DNA from: a virus
Length of the DNA stretch: 43,872 nt
IMG/VR virus record: IMGVR_UViG_3300045988_074520
Direction: 5' to 3' (one strand)
Shown: positions 32,324-41,345 of the stretch, piece by piece
Layout: every line of letters starts with the position of its first letter
Numbering within the stretch: position 1 is the first letter of the stretch
Position numbers and translations under genes: made by a program
Notes under the pieces: generated by a model
Databases searched by the model: none
What the model was told of the DNA's origin: nothing
Seen by the model: the letters and a program-made list of their open reading frames with translations, nothing else

Positions 32324-35300
32324 CTACACCAGCACCGGATTCTTTCCGGTTCTCTTTGTTTCCTGCCGGACAAATTTAACAGTCGAGTTCCCAAGTTCTT
32401 TTCCGTCCAGATAAATATGTCCGACTATATCTCCGCTGTTATCAGTCATTCCAACAGCCTGTAAAGCTTCTATCATGGCCTTTTTTATGGTTGACAAAGG
32501 TGACACAACTTCCGTTTCTCGCTTGTTGTCACCAAGGATTGCGGCAAATTCTCCGGCACGCGGCGGCACTACAGTTCCGGATGCCAAGTGCGGCAAAGAA
32601 ACACTTGCTACGCTCGGAACAGAAGTCTGTAAAGAATACTCTGAGATGCCTAAAGAACCGCCTGTCAGACCGTTCCATATGTTACTACCAATTCCACTTA
32701 TCTTTTTGATAACACCATTAATGGTATCCCATATTCCGTTCCATATATTCGAGGTTTTTTCCCCCAACGAATCCCATGCGTCACTGACTTTTTTCTTAAA
32801 CTCATCTACTTTTGTGCCAGAATCTTCTTTGATTTTGTCCCATTTTTCTGAGATAGTTTTCTTAATGTCATCCCACTTTTCACTAGCGTTTTCTTTAACT
32901 TCATCCCATTTTTCTGACATTTTTGTTTTAATATCGGTGATTTTTGCTATAAGATTCGGTATCATATCGGTTATCTTATTGATAAGACCATCCATCAAAT
33001 AGCCGCCCATTTCTGCCATAACAGTTGATGGGCTATGAATGCCGAACGCTAGCTTAAATCCGTCAATAAACGGTTGGAATATGTGCTCTTTAACCCATGT
33101 TTTTATATCGGCCCATGCTTTGTTAATTCCATCTCTTAATCCCTGCATGGTAAATTGACCGTCTTTAAATGCCGTTTCTTTCCACCACGTCACAGCTGCA
33201 TTCCAACCAGGCTTAAGGAGTCCAATTATAATTCCCCCTATCGCGCCAAAAACAGGACCAATGCCACGAACAAGAGATGCAAGTATTCCTCCGTAATCAA
33301 TAGAGCCTATAAACTCTGCTATTTTTGTTCCAATTTCTTGCCAATCCACCCCGGCTAGAGTTCCGACAAGCGTATCGATTAATCCTTTTACAGCACCGCC
33401 TAATGCTCCGGCCCACACATGCGGATCAATAGAATCAATAGCGCCATTGATGCCATTTCCAAGAGATATTCCAAGCTTTAAAAAGTCGAATCCAGCACTG
33501 TCTCCATTGCCATTGAAAAAGCCATCAAGCATCTCAGCAAGGATGTTGAATTTTGCAATGAATAATCGGCCAAGTTTCCACCAGTCAATCTCATCAACGA
33601 GACTGTTTGCACCTATGGCAATCTTTGCGCCAAGATTTTTCCAGTCGATGCCGTCCACGAATAAAAGCAGGGTGTTTACCAGAGTATTAAGGCCAGCACC
33701 GAGCGTTCTGCCGAGTAAATCCCAGTCGATGTTATCAACAAGGCTGTTGAATGTCTCTGTAAATGCGTTTACGAAGTATGTGATCTTCGGTCCGACATTG
33801 TCCCAGTTGATTGCATCATATATTTTTTGCAGACCTGCATTAATGCCATCTGCCATATACGCACCAAGACCGGACCAGTCCTCGCTTTTAATAAAGCCTT
33901 TAATCTTATCGGCCATCTGTTTAAACCGGCTTTCAATCTCTGCCGTTTCAAACATATCTGCTGGTGATGCTCCGCCGCCACCTCCGCCTCTTCCAGAATC
34001 TTCATCTTTCTGGACATTCAGTTTATCAAATGATGCAAGTTCGCCTTTGGCTTCTTTTGCGGCCCCTCCGGTCTTTTTCAGAGATTCCGCGTAGTTTTGC
34101 TGGACTTTGGTTGCCTTTGTAAATGTTTTCTGGCCTGTCAACGCTGCCATAAACTGCGCTATGGCGGTAACAGCTGAATTAAGAAGGCTGATAAGATAAT
34201 TCAGCGCAGGAGCTACCGCTGTCAGTATTGGAGCAAACGCAGTGGCAAAGCTGTTTTTAAGCTGCGTGAGCGAAGATATCAAGCCGGATATAACACCATT
34301 GGTGCTGCCGGAATACTGGGCTAAATTTTTGAATCCGTCCACAAGGGCGCTTCGGAGCTTGTTGAACAGCACATACAGGCTCCGGATGCCGAATAAATAC
34401 TTTAGTAACTTGCCTATACTTATGGTGCTCTTATTGGATGTTTTATGGATGCCTAGAATGCCGGATGATATTTTTTTAATACCATTAGCAATATTTGAGG
34501 CAACCATTTTTCCAAACATAGAAACAACTGAACGCGCTTTTTTTGCCAAAACGGAAAGTTTTGATATTAAGCCATCAAATATACTAGGCTTAGGCTCAGT
34601 GTTTTGAATCTTAGTCAGTTCTGATGCATATTCTTTTGCTGCTTCTTTTGCTTTTGCTAGTTTTACATAAACCTCATCATACTGTGCATCACCAAGCCCT
34701 TTTCCAGAATCCGTAAGTTTTTTCAACCGATTCTGTAAATCAACGATTTGCCCTTGCATCGTATTAAGTCCAAATGGGTTGGCATTTGGAGTCGGAGAAA
34801 CAAGCTCTTTTTTGTAATCCTTAAGAGCCTGCTTTACTTTTTGAAGGTCAAGATAGGCCTTGTCAAATTCCTCATCTCCAAAATTTCTCCCAGTGTCAAC
34901 GAGTTTTTGAAGTTTGCTTTGCAAATCCACAATCTGTCCAGACATGGTATTAAGGCCAAATGGATTTGCATTTGGGGTCGGAGATGTCAGCTCTTTTTTA
35001 TAATCCTTAAGTGCTTGACTTACTTTTTGCAATTTCAAATATATTTCGTCATATTCTTCATCTCCAAAATATAACCCGTTCCCTTCAAGCTCTTTTATTT
35101 TTTCTTTTAATCTTCCGATTTCATTTTTAAATTCATTAGTAGATTGAACTGCCTTCTCCGCGCCCTTGACATACTGGTTCACAAAGTCAACAGCTGCTTT
35201 GTCATATCCAATATTATTTGGATCTACCATTGCTGTTTTCTGCGGTATGTTCTTGCTTTCAAGGTCTTCTCCACGATCAATCTTGATATTTTCCGCTTCT

Positions 35301-35536
35301 TTCCGCAGATCTTCCGCGCTCTTCTGCGCATTCTTATAAGAATCAGAAAGGCTCCCGGCATCCACTGCGGCCTTTGCGGCTGCATTGTGAATGCCGTTGA
35401 AAGATGTGGTTATAGATGTGGACAGGATCTGTATGGATTTAGTAAGCTGTTCAATAGCAGACTTCAATTCCTTTACGCCCTGTTGCGCACCTTTTTCATC
35501 AATCTTTGTGTCAATAATGATACTGCCGTCTGCCAT
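32324..35536 (-). CDS. Tape measure protein (1070 aa)
   Basis: Size, position, helical and Gly-rich composition. Internal 61-aa (183-bp) tandem repeats at about 34620-35075. Confidence 0.9.
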   Translation of the reverse strand: MADGSIIIDTKIDEKGAQQGVKELKSAIEQLTKSIQILSTSITTSFNGIHNAAAKAAVDAGSLSDSYKNAQKSAEDLRKEAENIKIDRGEDLESKNIPQKTAMVDPNNIGYDKAAVDFVNQYVKGAEKAVQSTNEFKNEIGRLKEKIKELEGNGLYFGDEEYDEIYLKLQKVSQALKDYKKELTSPTPNANPFGLNTMSGQIVDLQSKLQKLVDTGRNFGDEEFDKAYLDLQKVKQALKDYKKELVSPTPNANPFGLNTMQGQIVDLQNRLKKLTDSGKGLGDAQYDEVYVKLAKAKEAAKEYASELTKIQNTEPKPSIFDGLISKLSVLAKKARSVVSMFGKMVASNIANGIKKISSGILGIHKTSNKSTISIGKLLKYLFGIRSLYVLFNKLRSALVDGFKNLAQYSGSTNGVISGLISSLTQLKNSFATAFAPILTAVAPALNYLISLLNSAVTAIAQFMAALTGQKTFTKATKVQQNYAESLKKTGGAAKEAKGELASFDKLNVQKDEDSGRGGGGGGASPADMFETAEIESRFKQMADKIKGFIKSEDWSGLGAYMADGINAGLQKIYDAINWDNVGPKITYFVNAFTETFNSLVDNIDWDLLGRTLGAGLNTLVNTLLLFVDGIDWKNLGAKIAIGANSLVDEIDWWKLGRLFIAKFNILAEMLDGFFNGNGDSAGFDFLKLGISLGNGINGAIDSIDPHVWAGALGGAVKGLIDTLVGTLAGVDWQEIGTKIAEFIGSIDYGGILASLVRGIGPVFGAIGGIIIGLLKPGWNAAVTWWKETAFKDGQFTMQGLRDGINKAWADIKTWVKEHIFQPFIDGFKLAFGIHSPSTVMAEMGGYLMDGLINKITDMIPNLIAKITDIKTKMSEKWDEVKENASEKWDDIKKTISEKWDKIKEDSGTKVDEFKKKVSDAWDSLGEKTSNIWNGIWDTINGVIKKISGIGSNIWNGLTGGSLGISEYSLQTSVPSVASVSLPHLASGTVVPPRAGEFAAILGDNKRETEVVSPLSTIKKAMIEALQAVGMTDNSGDIVGHIYLDGKELGNSTVKFVRQETKRTGKNPVLV

Positions 35537-35545
35537 ACGATCTCC

Positions 35546-36106
35546 TTACAGCCATTTTTCCATGTTTCTGATAGTTTCTTTTTCTTCCTCGCTCATCTTG
35601 TTTTCCAACTTGACAAGAGAGCTGTTTTCCCTTTCAAACTCCCGCTCCCATTTCTCCAGCTTTTTTCTCTTTGCCTTTTTCTGCCGGATAGAAAGAACCT
35701 GAGAAAAAAGCCCGTCCCCGATCTCCATAAAAAAAGACAGGAATGTCCACCAGTGCATATATTCAAGTGCTCTGATTTCTTTTCCTGCCACTTTATTGAC
35801 TGCCGGAACGATTATCCCAGCATCCTGTTCCCAGTCGATAAGACGCGGAGATTTCTTTTTTTCTTCTGTGGAGCCGCAGTCAATGAATTCCACGGCTTTC
35901 TCGCACGCTTCGCGATAATCACTCAGCGGAATACTCTCACCATCAATATACAGGATATTAAACATAACCTCCTGCTGCTCGTATGGTGTCAACTCCGGGT
36001 CGGCGCAGGCAATCAGAATGTCCAGAATAGTCCTGTAATCAGTCCTGATCTTATATTCTGCTCCGTTGATCTCGATGGAAGTAGGAAGATCATAACCACT
36101 ACGCAC
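35546..36106 (-). CDS. Gp15-family tail assembly protein (A118 Gp15-like), GTG start
   Basis: LPTSIEINGAEYKIRTDYRTILDIL N-terminus and position before the tape measure gene. Confidence 0.6.
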   Translation of the reverse strand: MRSGYDLPTSIEINGAEYKIRTDYRTILDILIACADPELTPYEQQEVMFNILYIDGESIPLSDYREACEKAVEFIDCGSTEEKKKSPRLIDWEQDAGIIVPAVNKVAGKEIRALEYMHWWTFLSFFMEIGDGLFSQVLSIRQKKAKRKKLEKWEREFERENSSLVKLENKMSEEEKETIRNMEKWL

Positions 36107-36515
36107 TCTTATACTTGTCCGTATATTTTTTTACCCGGCTGCTGCTCTTTTTGATTCTCGTGTTAAATTCTTTCGAAACAAAATCTACGAGTACATCAAG
36201 CACATACTGGCAGTGAAGAGTTCCGTCCGGTCGCGGAGTCAGCGGGTTGGCATTTTTGAAAAGCACATCAGATGCGCCGCTGCTGTTCAGAAGTTCATCA
36301 AAAGCAGTCTTCACCTGATCTGTGAACTCATAAAGCTTATCCAGATCTGAATCAACATCTGGAATCTGTGCAGTTTCAAAAAAGTTCAGCGTTTTTTCAC
36401 ATCTTTTTATGATGTCCAGGTCAGACGGGTTCCACCAAAAGCCACCAGTTACATTCCCGGCTGCATCGGTAACCTCGATCCATTCCCGGTCATCAATCTT
36501 AAGCTGTCTTGCCAT
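36099..36515 (-). CDS. Tail assembly chaperone candidate
   Basis: Position between the major tail and Gp15-like genes. AAAGGAGGTTATCT RBS. Confidence 0.55.
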   Translation of the reverse strand: MARQLKIDDREWIEVTDAAGNVTGGFWWNPSDLDIIKRCEKTLNFFETAQIPDVDSDLDKLYEFTDQVKTAFDELLNSSGASDVLFKNANPLTPRPDGTLHCQYVLDVLVDFVSKEFNTRIKKSSSRVKKYTDKYKSA

Positions 36516-36527
36516 AGATAACCTCCT

Positions 36528-37028
36528 TTACTCCAGACTGGAAGACGGGGTAAAAGTCTTTTTGCTTACATCCCATGTACCCTTGACTCTGTTTCCTGCT
36601 TTATAGAGAGTAAACGGAGTCTGTATGCCGGAAGTGTCACCACCTACACTGTTCGGAATCAGATACACATCTTCGCGATAAGCCCATACAGCAGTCGGCG
36701 CAGCATCATCAGATAATCCAGGCTTTAACAGCACATCAACCATAGTTGTCTTACACTTATCTCCGGTAGCTCTAGTGTTTGCCAGCTCCATGATCTTAGT
36801 AGACAGCGTGTCATCATAGTCCTCAAAATAAAACGGGTCAACATCTGCCTGTGCTTCATATCCGGAATGCTGTACAGACTGTTCGCCCAGAATGTTCTTT
36901 GTTACCTCAACATCTGGGTTAAGCTCTTCGTTGTACTCTTCCAGATTTTTGCCGAGTCTTACATAAGTCGGGGTAGAAGAACTGAAAGCCGCGTCTACAT
37001 AGTGAGCCAAAAACTTACGTTCAATCAT
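36528..37028 (-). CDS. Major tail protein
   Basis: Position and size (166 aa). The N-terminal pattern FLAHYVDA...YVRLGKNLEEY is typical of siphovirus major tail proteins. Confidence 0.7.
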   Translation of the reverse strand: MIERKFLAHYVDAAFSSSTPTYVRLGKNLEEYNEELNPDVEVTKNILGEQSVQHSGYEAQADVDPFYFEDYDDTLSTKIMELANTRATGDKCKTTMVDVLLKPGLSDDAAPTAVWAYREDVYLIPNSVGGDTSGIQTPFTLYKAGNRVKGTWDVSKKTFTPSSSLE

Positions 37029-37042
37029 GTCTTTTTTCCTTT

Positions 37043-37543
37043 CTAATCAATCGGTTTTATGTCATTGGTGTACTGCACCGTAACAGGCAGTACCCAGTCT
37101 TGCACCGCTTCCTCATTTGGCTCTAAACCGTATGAGTTATCGCGGGTAATGCGTTTTATCACTCGACCATCAGACAGGGCCGGAAAGGCCTTTAGGCGCA
37201 TCTGAGTGCCGTTTATTACAACAGGCTCCCGGCATATCCACTTGCCGAGGGTGTCAAGAAAGTCTTGTACATTCAGCTTAAGCCGTTCTTTTGTGGCTGC
37301 TGTGCGGTATACCACGTAAAACGGATACTGGCATTGCTGATGGATGCCGCCGCAGACATCTTCCGATTCTGCATACACCAGCGCCCCATTGTCAGCTGAA
37401 AAGGCTATTCCGGATTCTTTCCCAAGCTCCTCAAACTTAATGACCTCGCTATCTTCCAGGCCGGGATATTGATTTAACAGGGATTTCACCGCGCGGGTGA
37501 GGATATCAAATCCGCTTGCGTCCCGCCCTATGACCTTATCCAT
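37043..37543 (-). CDS. Minor capsid / tail-completion protein (Minor_capsid_3-like position)
   Basis: CTGGAGGTGGTAAGC RBS before ATG at 37543. Position upstream of the major tail gene. Confidence 0.55.
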   Translation of the reverse strand: MDKVIGRDASGFDILTRAVKSLLNQYPGLEDSEVIKFEELGKESGIAFSADNGALVYAESEDVCGGIHQQCQYPFYVVYRTAATKERLKLNVQDFLDTLGKWICREPVVINGTQMRLKAFPALSDGRVIKRITRDNSYGLEPNEEAVQDWVLPVTVQYTNDIKPID

Positions 37544-38033
37544 GCTTACCACCTCCAGCTATGCGCTTTACGCCTTTTATCCATGTCTTTCCGTCTGCCT
37601 GCTTCGCCGCTTCAAACCAGTGATCCTGTGCTTTTGGGTGTGCCTGGCGCGTGTAAGTGATGTTTTCTCGTGCGTTGGTCTTGCCTGTGTACTCACTCAC
37701 AAGCACCTTACGTGCTCCAAGCCGCGCCCAGGGTGATCCGGTCAGTTCATCAACCATGACCTTACCCTCATACAGATAGCGCCCTTGTGGGCCATATCCG
37801 GCATACACAAAGCCGCTTCCCTGTACCGCCGCACTGGCAGCACGGGTGGTATTGATAAAGCTGCCCGTTACCATCGGCATATACGGCACCATACTGTTCA
37901 TGACAGCGCCGTCCAGATAGTATTGTGCCTGCTGAAACTGCCGTTCAAAGCGGGACATGTCGAGTTTCAGATGAATGCTGCCAGCATTGTATGACAGATT
38001 TTTAAGATAAAAGCGCTTGCTTCTCCTTGCCAT
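37536..38033 (-). CDS. Minor capsid / head-tail joining protein (Minor_capsid_2-like)
   Basis: ATG at 38033. The pattern is FERQFQQAQYYLDGAVMNSMVPYMPMVTGSF. Confidence 0.55.
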   Translation of the reverse strand: MARRSKRFYLKNLSYNAGSIHLKLDMSRFERQFQQAQYYLDGAVMNSMVPYMPMVTGSFINTTRAASAAVQGSGFVYAGYGPQGRYLYEGKVMVDELTGSPWARLGARKVLVSEYTGKTNARENITYTRQAHPKAQDHWFEAAKQADGKTWIKGVKRIAGGGKHG

Positions 38034-38034
38034 A

Positions 38035-38427
38035 TTACCGCCCCTTAAACCTGCTCCAGATTTGCTTATCAAGCCGCCGCTGCGCCCGTTCATATGACGC
38101 ACTGGTTATTTCTCGCTTGGTAGCTTCGCCGAAACTGTTCACAAATGTCTTAGTTGTTTTAGGTTCGTCTTTTGTTCTCAGTTTTTCCCGCTCATACCGC
38201 AAATCGGTCTGTTTGTTTTTAAGCTCACGGATTTCTTGCGATATTTCGTGGTATCTTGGCGGCGCAGAATCCCATGAATTTTCCCGCAATCTTAAGACCT
38301 GCGCAGATTCATCTTGTAATTTCTGGATTTTCTTATCTATGCTTTTGATCTTATCAGACAAAGACTGCAAGCTTTCTATTCTGCTATTAGCAGCAGTCTT
38401 TTTAAAACCGCTCTCGCCTTTTGCCAT
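38035..38427 (-). CDS. Hypothetical coiled-coil protein; its N-terminus MAKGESGF is shared with the upstream gene
   Basis: AAAAGGAAGTAATC RBS. Confidence 0.6.
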   Translation of the reverse strand: MAKGESGFKKTAANSRIESLQSLSDKIKSIDKKIQKLQDESAQVLRLRENSWDSAPPRYHEISQEIRELKNKQTDLRYEREKLRTKDEPKTTKTFVNSFGEATKREITSASYERAQRRLDKQIWSRFKGR

Positions 38428-38429
38428 GA

Positions 38430-38876
38430 TTACTTCCTTTTCAACTTCTTTTTGACATATTCTTCAATAGCGGATAACTTTTTCATTTCATCCCTATAGT
38501 TTCTTACTGTAGCGGCTTCGTCAATGTTTCCTTTAGCATCAGATATTCCTTTATGCCTAGCTCTGTCTGCTACATAAACCTTGTTTCTTTCCACGCGCTT
38601 TAATATTTCTTCACCAGTAGCCTTAGAAAAGCGACTTGTGGGTGATTGTCCGTCTGATATGGAATTATAAATAGCCGTATAATGTCGATCAGATAAAGCA
38701 GAAAATTCCTCGTCCCACGGAATTTGCATGGATATAGGCATCATCGGATCATATCCCAAATCTCGTATGATTTGTCCAGCTTCGCGAGACATAGCTTGAT
38801 ATGGCGAATCTCCCGGCGCATAACCGTTATTCTGGCCTTTACCTGCTTTTGTGAATCCGCTCTCACCTTTTGCCAT
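38430..38876 (-). CDS. Hypothetical protein; its N-terminus MAKGESGF is shared with the downstream gene
   Basis: 148-aa ORF. The first 8 codons are nearly identical to those of the next gene. Confidence 0.6.
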   Translation of the reverse strand: MAKGESGFTKAGKGQNNGYAPGDSPYQAMSREAGQIIRDLGYDPMMPISMQIPWDEEFSALSDRHYTAIYNSISDGQSPTSRFSKATGEEILKRVERNKVYVADRARHKGISDAKGNIDEAATVRNYRDEMKKLSAIEEYVKKKLKRK

Positions 38877-38884
38877 AACTCTGC

Positions 38885-39346
38885 CTACTTTCCTAAGATT
38901 TCAAAATGTGGGATAACCGTATACGGTCCACCTACACTGGTTATCTTGTAAACATTGTCGCGGTTGCTGTTCATGTACTGGTAAAAACCATTGCGGTAAT
39001 CATCATCCACAACCATGCAGCCAGTCCATTCACCCTGCCAGAAAAAGTCCTCTGGCCCGAAGGTGATACTGCCCGGAAGATCATCATTGACCTGCGCCGC
39101 CCATGCTTTCGGGGGCAACCACGGCACCGCTGCACCGTCTGACCGCTGCACCATCACCTTGTCCCCGTCTGGGGTGTAAGCAATATGCAGTGCGGCATTG
39201 TCGGTACTGTCCGGGCCATACTTTTTCAGCATTGCGCCGTGATCGGTTATCAGGTCAACGCCGGACAGGATGTGCGGATACCAGTATGATAAGCCTGCGG
39301 TTTTGGAGCTGTAGAAGTTAAATACCGTTACCGTTTTGTCATACAT
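38885..39346 (-). CDS. Head-closure/connector-position protein (possibly Gp19/Gp15/Gp42-like)
   Basis: ATG at 39346 overlaps the upstream TGA. The pattern is DKTVTVFNFY...NVYKITSV...IPHFEILG. Confidence 0.45.
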   Translation of the reverse strand: MYDKTVTVFNFYSSKTAGLSYWYPHILSGVDLITDHGAMLKKYGPDSTDNAALHIAYTPDGDKVMVQRSDGAAVPWLPPKAWAAQVNDDLPGSITFGPEDFFWQGEWTGCMVVDDDYRNGFYQYMNSNRDNVYKITSVGGPYTVIPHFEILGK

Positions 39347-39990
39347 CAGCCACACACCGCCTTTTTAAACTTGTTCTGAAACGGCTTCACGCGAATGATG
39401 TTCCCTTTGCATTCGTCCGGCACCATGCCATAAAAGATGATGCAGGATGGTTCCAATCGCTTAACCATCTCGTTATAACCATCAATGAGCATCTGCTTGT
39501 TACGTTTGCTTTTCATGCAACCTACACTGCTGATAGCAACCACAGAGTTTTTCGGCTCACCGTCAAAACAGAAATCGTATGACGGCGGGTAACTCCATGT
39601 GACTGTAGGGATAACACGCACGCCATTCTCTTGCAGGTATGCGCCGATCCAGTGCTTGCGGAAGTGATTGAACACCTGCACCGCTTTCGGGAAGTCTGCA
39701 TAAGGGGAGAAATCCGGGGTGAAAACATACTGGAACCGTTTCAGCTTCTCCAGATACGCATCTGGGTTCGTCCACAGGCGGTTAAACTGGTAATCATCGA
39801 CAAAGAAATGTACCGCTTTATCTTCCGGGTGCTTTTCTTTCAGAGCATAGTTCCATCCGATGAAGTCTGATATTTCATCAATATCATACATTCCCTGTAT
39901 TTCCGGGATATTGTACTTTCCAACGCCGTCAAATATTCTTTTCTCGCAGTTTTCCCAGAATCGTGTCTGCCGGAACGGTATGTTTCCCAT
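39346..39990 (-). CDS. DUF4417-family protein (214 aa), function unknown
   Basis: HFFVDDYQFNRLW...TPDFSPYADFP...HWIGAYLQENGVRVIPTVTW...FCFDG pattern as I remember DUF4417. TAATG overlap with the holin-like gene. Confidence 0.6.
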   Translation of the reverse strand: MGNIPFRQTRFWENCEKRIFDGVGKYNIPEIQGMYDIDEISDFIGWNYALKEKHPEDKAVHFFVDDYQFNRLWTNPDAYLEKLKRFQYVFTPDFSPYADFPKAVQVFNHFRKHWIGAYLQENGVRVIPTVTWSYPPSYDFCFDGEPKNSVVAISSVGCMKSKRNKQMLIDGYNEMVKRLEPSCIIFYGMVPDECKGNIIRVKPFQNKFKKAVCG

Positions 39991-40319
39991 TACTTGCTCC
40001 AGTCTTTTCCGTTATTACTCATGCGCTTCCACAGCTCCGTGAGCTTTTCCCAGCCATACATAGCTACAAAGGCAACGATAAAGCCCGCCATGATAGCTGC
40101 CAGAATCATGTACCATAATATCTGCATCTGGATATACTGCATGTATGCCACAAAAGCGGCTACAGAAATACCGATGGAAAGAACGAACACCAGTGCATCG
40201 GTCGGAATCCTTGACAGTGCACCTACACCCTTAAAAACCTGGGTGATGACCGACACGCAGAACGCCAGAATCCCGATCACTGCCAAGATCATAGTCATGT
40301 TTGCAAATAGGGTCTCCAT
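39990..40319 (-). CDS. Holin-like small membrane protein (109 aa, 3 predicted TM segments, charged C-terminus)
   Basis: AGAGGAGGACTAAC RBS before ATG at 40319. TM1, then FKGVGALSRIPTDAL, then TM2 and TM3, then the basic/acidic tail KLTELWKRMSNNGKDWSK. Confidence 0.55.
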   Translation of the reverse strand: METLFANMTMILAVIGILAFCVSVITQVFKGVGALSRIPTDALVFVLSIGISVAAFVAYMQYIQMQILWYMILAAIMAGFIVAFVAMYGWEKLTELWKRMSNNGKDWSK

Positions 40320-40359
40320 GTTAGTCCTCCTCTGTCTCTTCGATGCGATCAACATTATA

Positions 40360-40608
40360 TTACTTCGCACACTCATGCTCGATACGGCATACGCGTGCGT
40401 CTTCCCAGCCTTTGACGAAAAAGGCAACGTCAGCCTCTCCCAGATACTTGATGGATTCGCCGAGATACCAAAGCGGCTTTGCACCAGCCGGAGCGCCCTG
40501 GAAGAATGTCTCAAGCACTTCTACCTTTGCAATAGCTTTCTCGCGTGTTGCGAGGATCTCCTCGTCTGTCTTTCCTCTCATAGGCTGAGAAATAAATAAC
40601 TTTTTCAT
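40360..40608 (-). CDS. Small protein with nucleoside 2-deoxyribosyltransferase-like / DUF4406-like end motifs (82 aa)
   Basis: MKKLFISQPMRGKTDEEI... and ...FFVKGWEDARVCRIEHECA. TAAGGAGTGAAAAAC RBS. The assignment is tentative. Confidence 0.4.
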   Translation of the reverse strand: MKKLFISQPMRGKTDEEILATREKAIAKVEVLETFFQGAPAGAKPLWYLGESIKYLGEADVAFFVKGWEDARVCRIEHECAK

Positions 40609-40835
40609 TGTTTTTCACTCCTTAACTTCTGAATAGCATTCATAAAATTAGCTGTATTTTTAGCTATTTTCTCAATATTTTCAGGCTTTTTAAGTTCTTC
40701 AATAGTTTCACGGAACGCCTGCTTTACTTCGGGATTTTCTCTGAATATCTTTTTCACATTTTCCCTTGAACATTCAAGACAAATATCGGTACTCCAATGT
40801 GGCTTGAGTTCTTTTCCGCACTGTCTACATTTCAT
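40605..40835 (-). CDS. Small zinc-ribbon protein (76 aa)
   Basis: CRQCG...CLEC motifs. ATG at 40835 follows GGGGGTG. Confidence 0.5.
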   Translation of the reverse strand: MKCRQCGKELKPHWSTDICLECSRENVKKIFRENPEVKQAFRETIEELKKPENIEKIAKNTANFMNAIQKLRSEKQ

Positions 40836-40837
40836 AC

Positions 40838-41332
40838 TCACACCCCCGCATATAAAATTGGTATCCCTTCATCCGTCCTTACTCCCATCAGAAGCGGTAA
40901 AGCTGTCTTTAAGAGTAAGTCATTCGTTTTCCGCACATCTCCGGCGGCGGCATATACCGCACTCCATTCCTTTGCACTCGCTCCAATCTGCTGCGGGGTT
41001 GCGTATGATCTGGATTCGCTGCCGGATGATACAGAGGTTACTATTCCCGTGGTCGTGCCGCCACCCGGCAAGGTGGTAGCCGTGCCAGTTGCCGCCGCTG
41101 CCGCGTTCTGCTCCGCAATATCAATCTGATACAGGATATCAGCCGCAGCGCAGACAGCTTTCTTAATGCGCTTCTGTTGCCGCTCATCCCCTGGCAGGCC
41201 GTCCACCAGTCGGTCAAAGGTCAGAGTGTCAATAAAGTCGCTCGCCCTCTCAGCCATCCGCATAAAATCAGATTCCGGCACGACATTGCCGAAAAATGAT
41301 GTCTGGTAAAACTCATAGTCTGCATATGCCAT
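40838..41332 (-). CDS. Head-tail connector/adaptor protein (gp6/gp15-like)
   Basis: TAAGGAGGGTTCCGGC RBS before ATG at 41332. YADYEFYQTSFFGN...ASDFIDTLTFDRL is typical of head-tail adaptors. Position after the capsid gene. Confidence 0.65.
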   Translation of the reverse strand: MAYADYEFYQTSFFGNVVPESDFMRMAERASDFIDTLTFDRLVDGLPGDERQQKRIKKAVCAAADILYQIDIAEQNAAAAATGTATTLPGGGTTTGIVTSVSSGSESRSYATPQQIGASAKEWSAVYAAAGDVRKTNDLLLKTALPLLMGVRTDEGIPILYAGV

Positions 41333-41345
41333 GCCGGAACCCTCC

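Noticed and set aside
36099-36140. The A AAA AAA heptamer near the end of the tail chaperone gene, as a possible -1 frameshift site producing a G-T-like fusion
   Set aside because: The -1 frame reaches TAA after seven codons. The downstream Gp15-like ORF is in the +1 frame relative to the chaperone and has its own GTG start, so the classic G/GT arrangement is not supported.
35144-36154. A 336-aa plus-strand ORF, and similar long plus-strand ORFs opposite the tape measure, terminase and portal genes (for example 33447-34094, 10047-10544, 7914-8480)
   Set aside because: They are antisense to genes with clear family signatures, have low-complexity Leu/Phe/Ser/Cys-rich composition, and lack an RBS.
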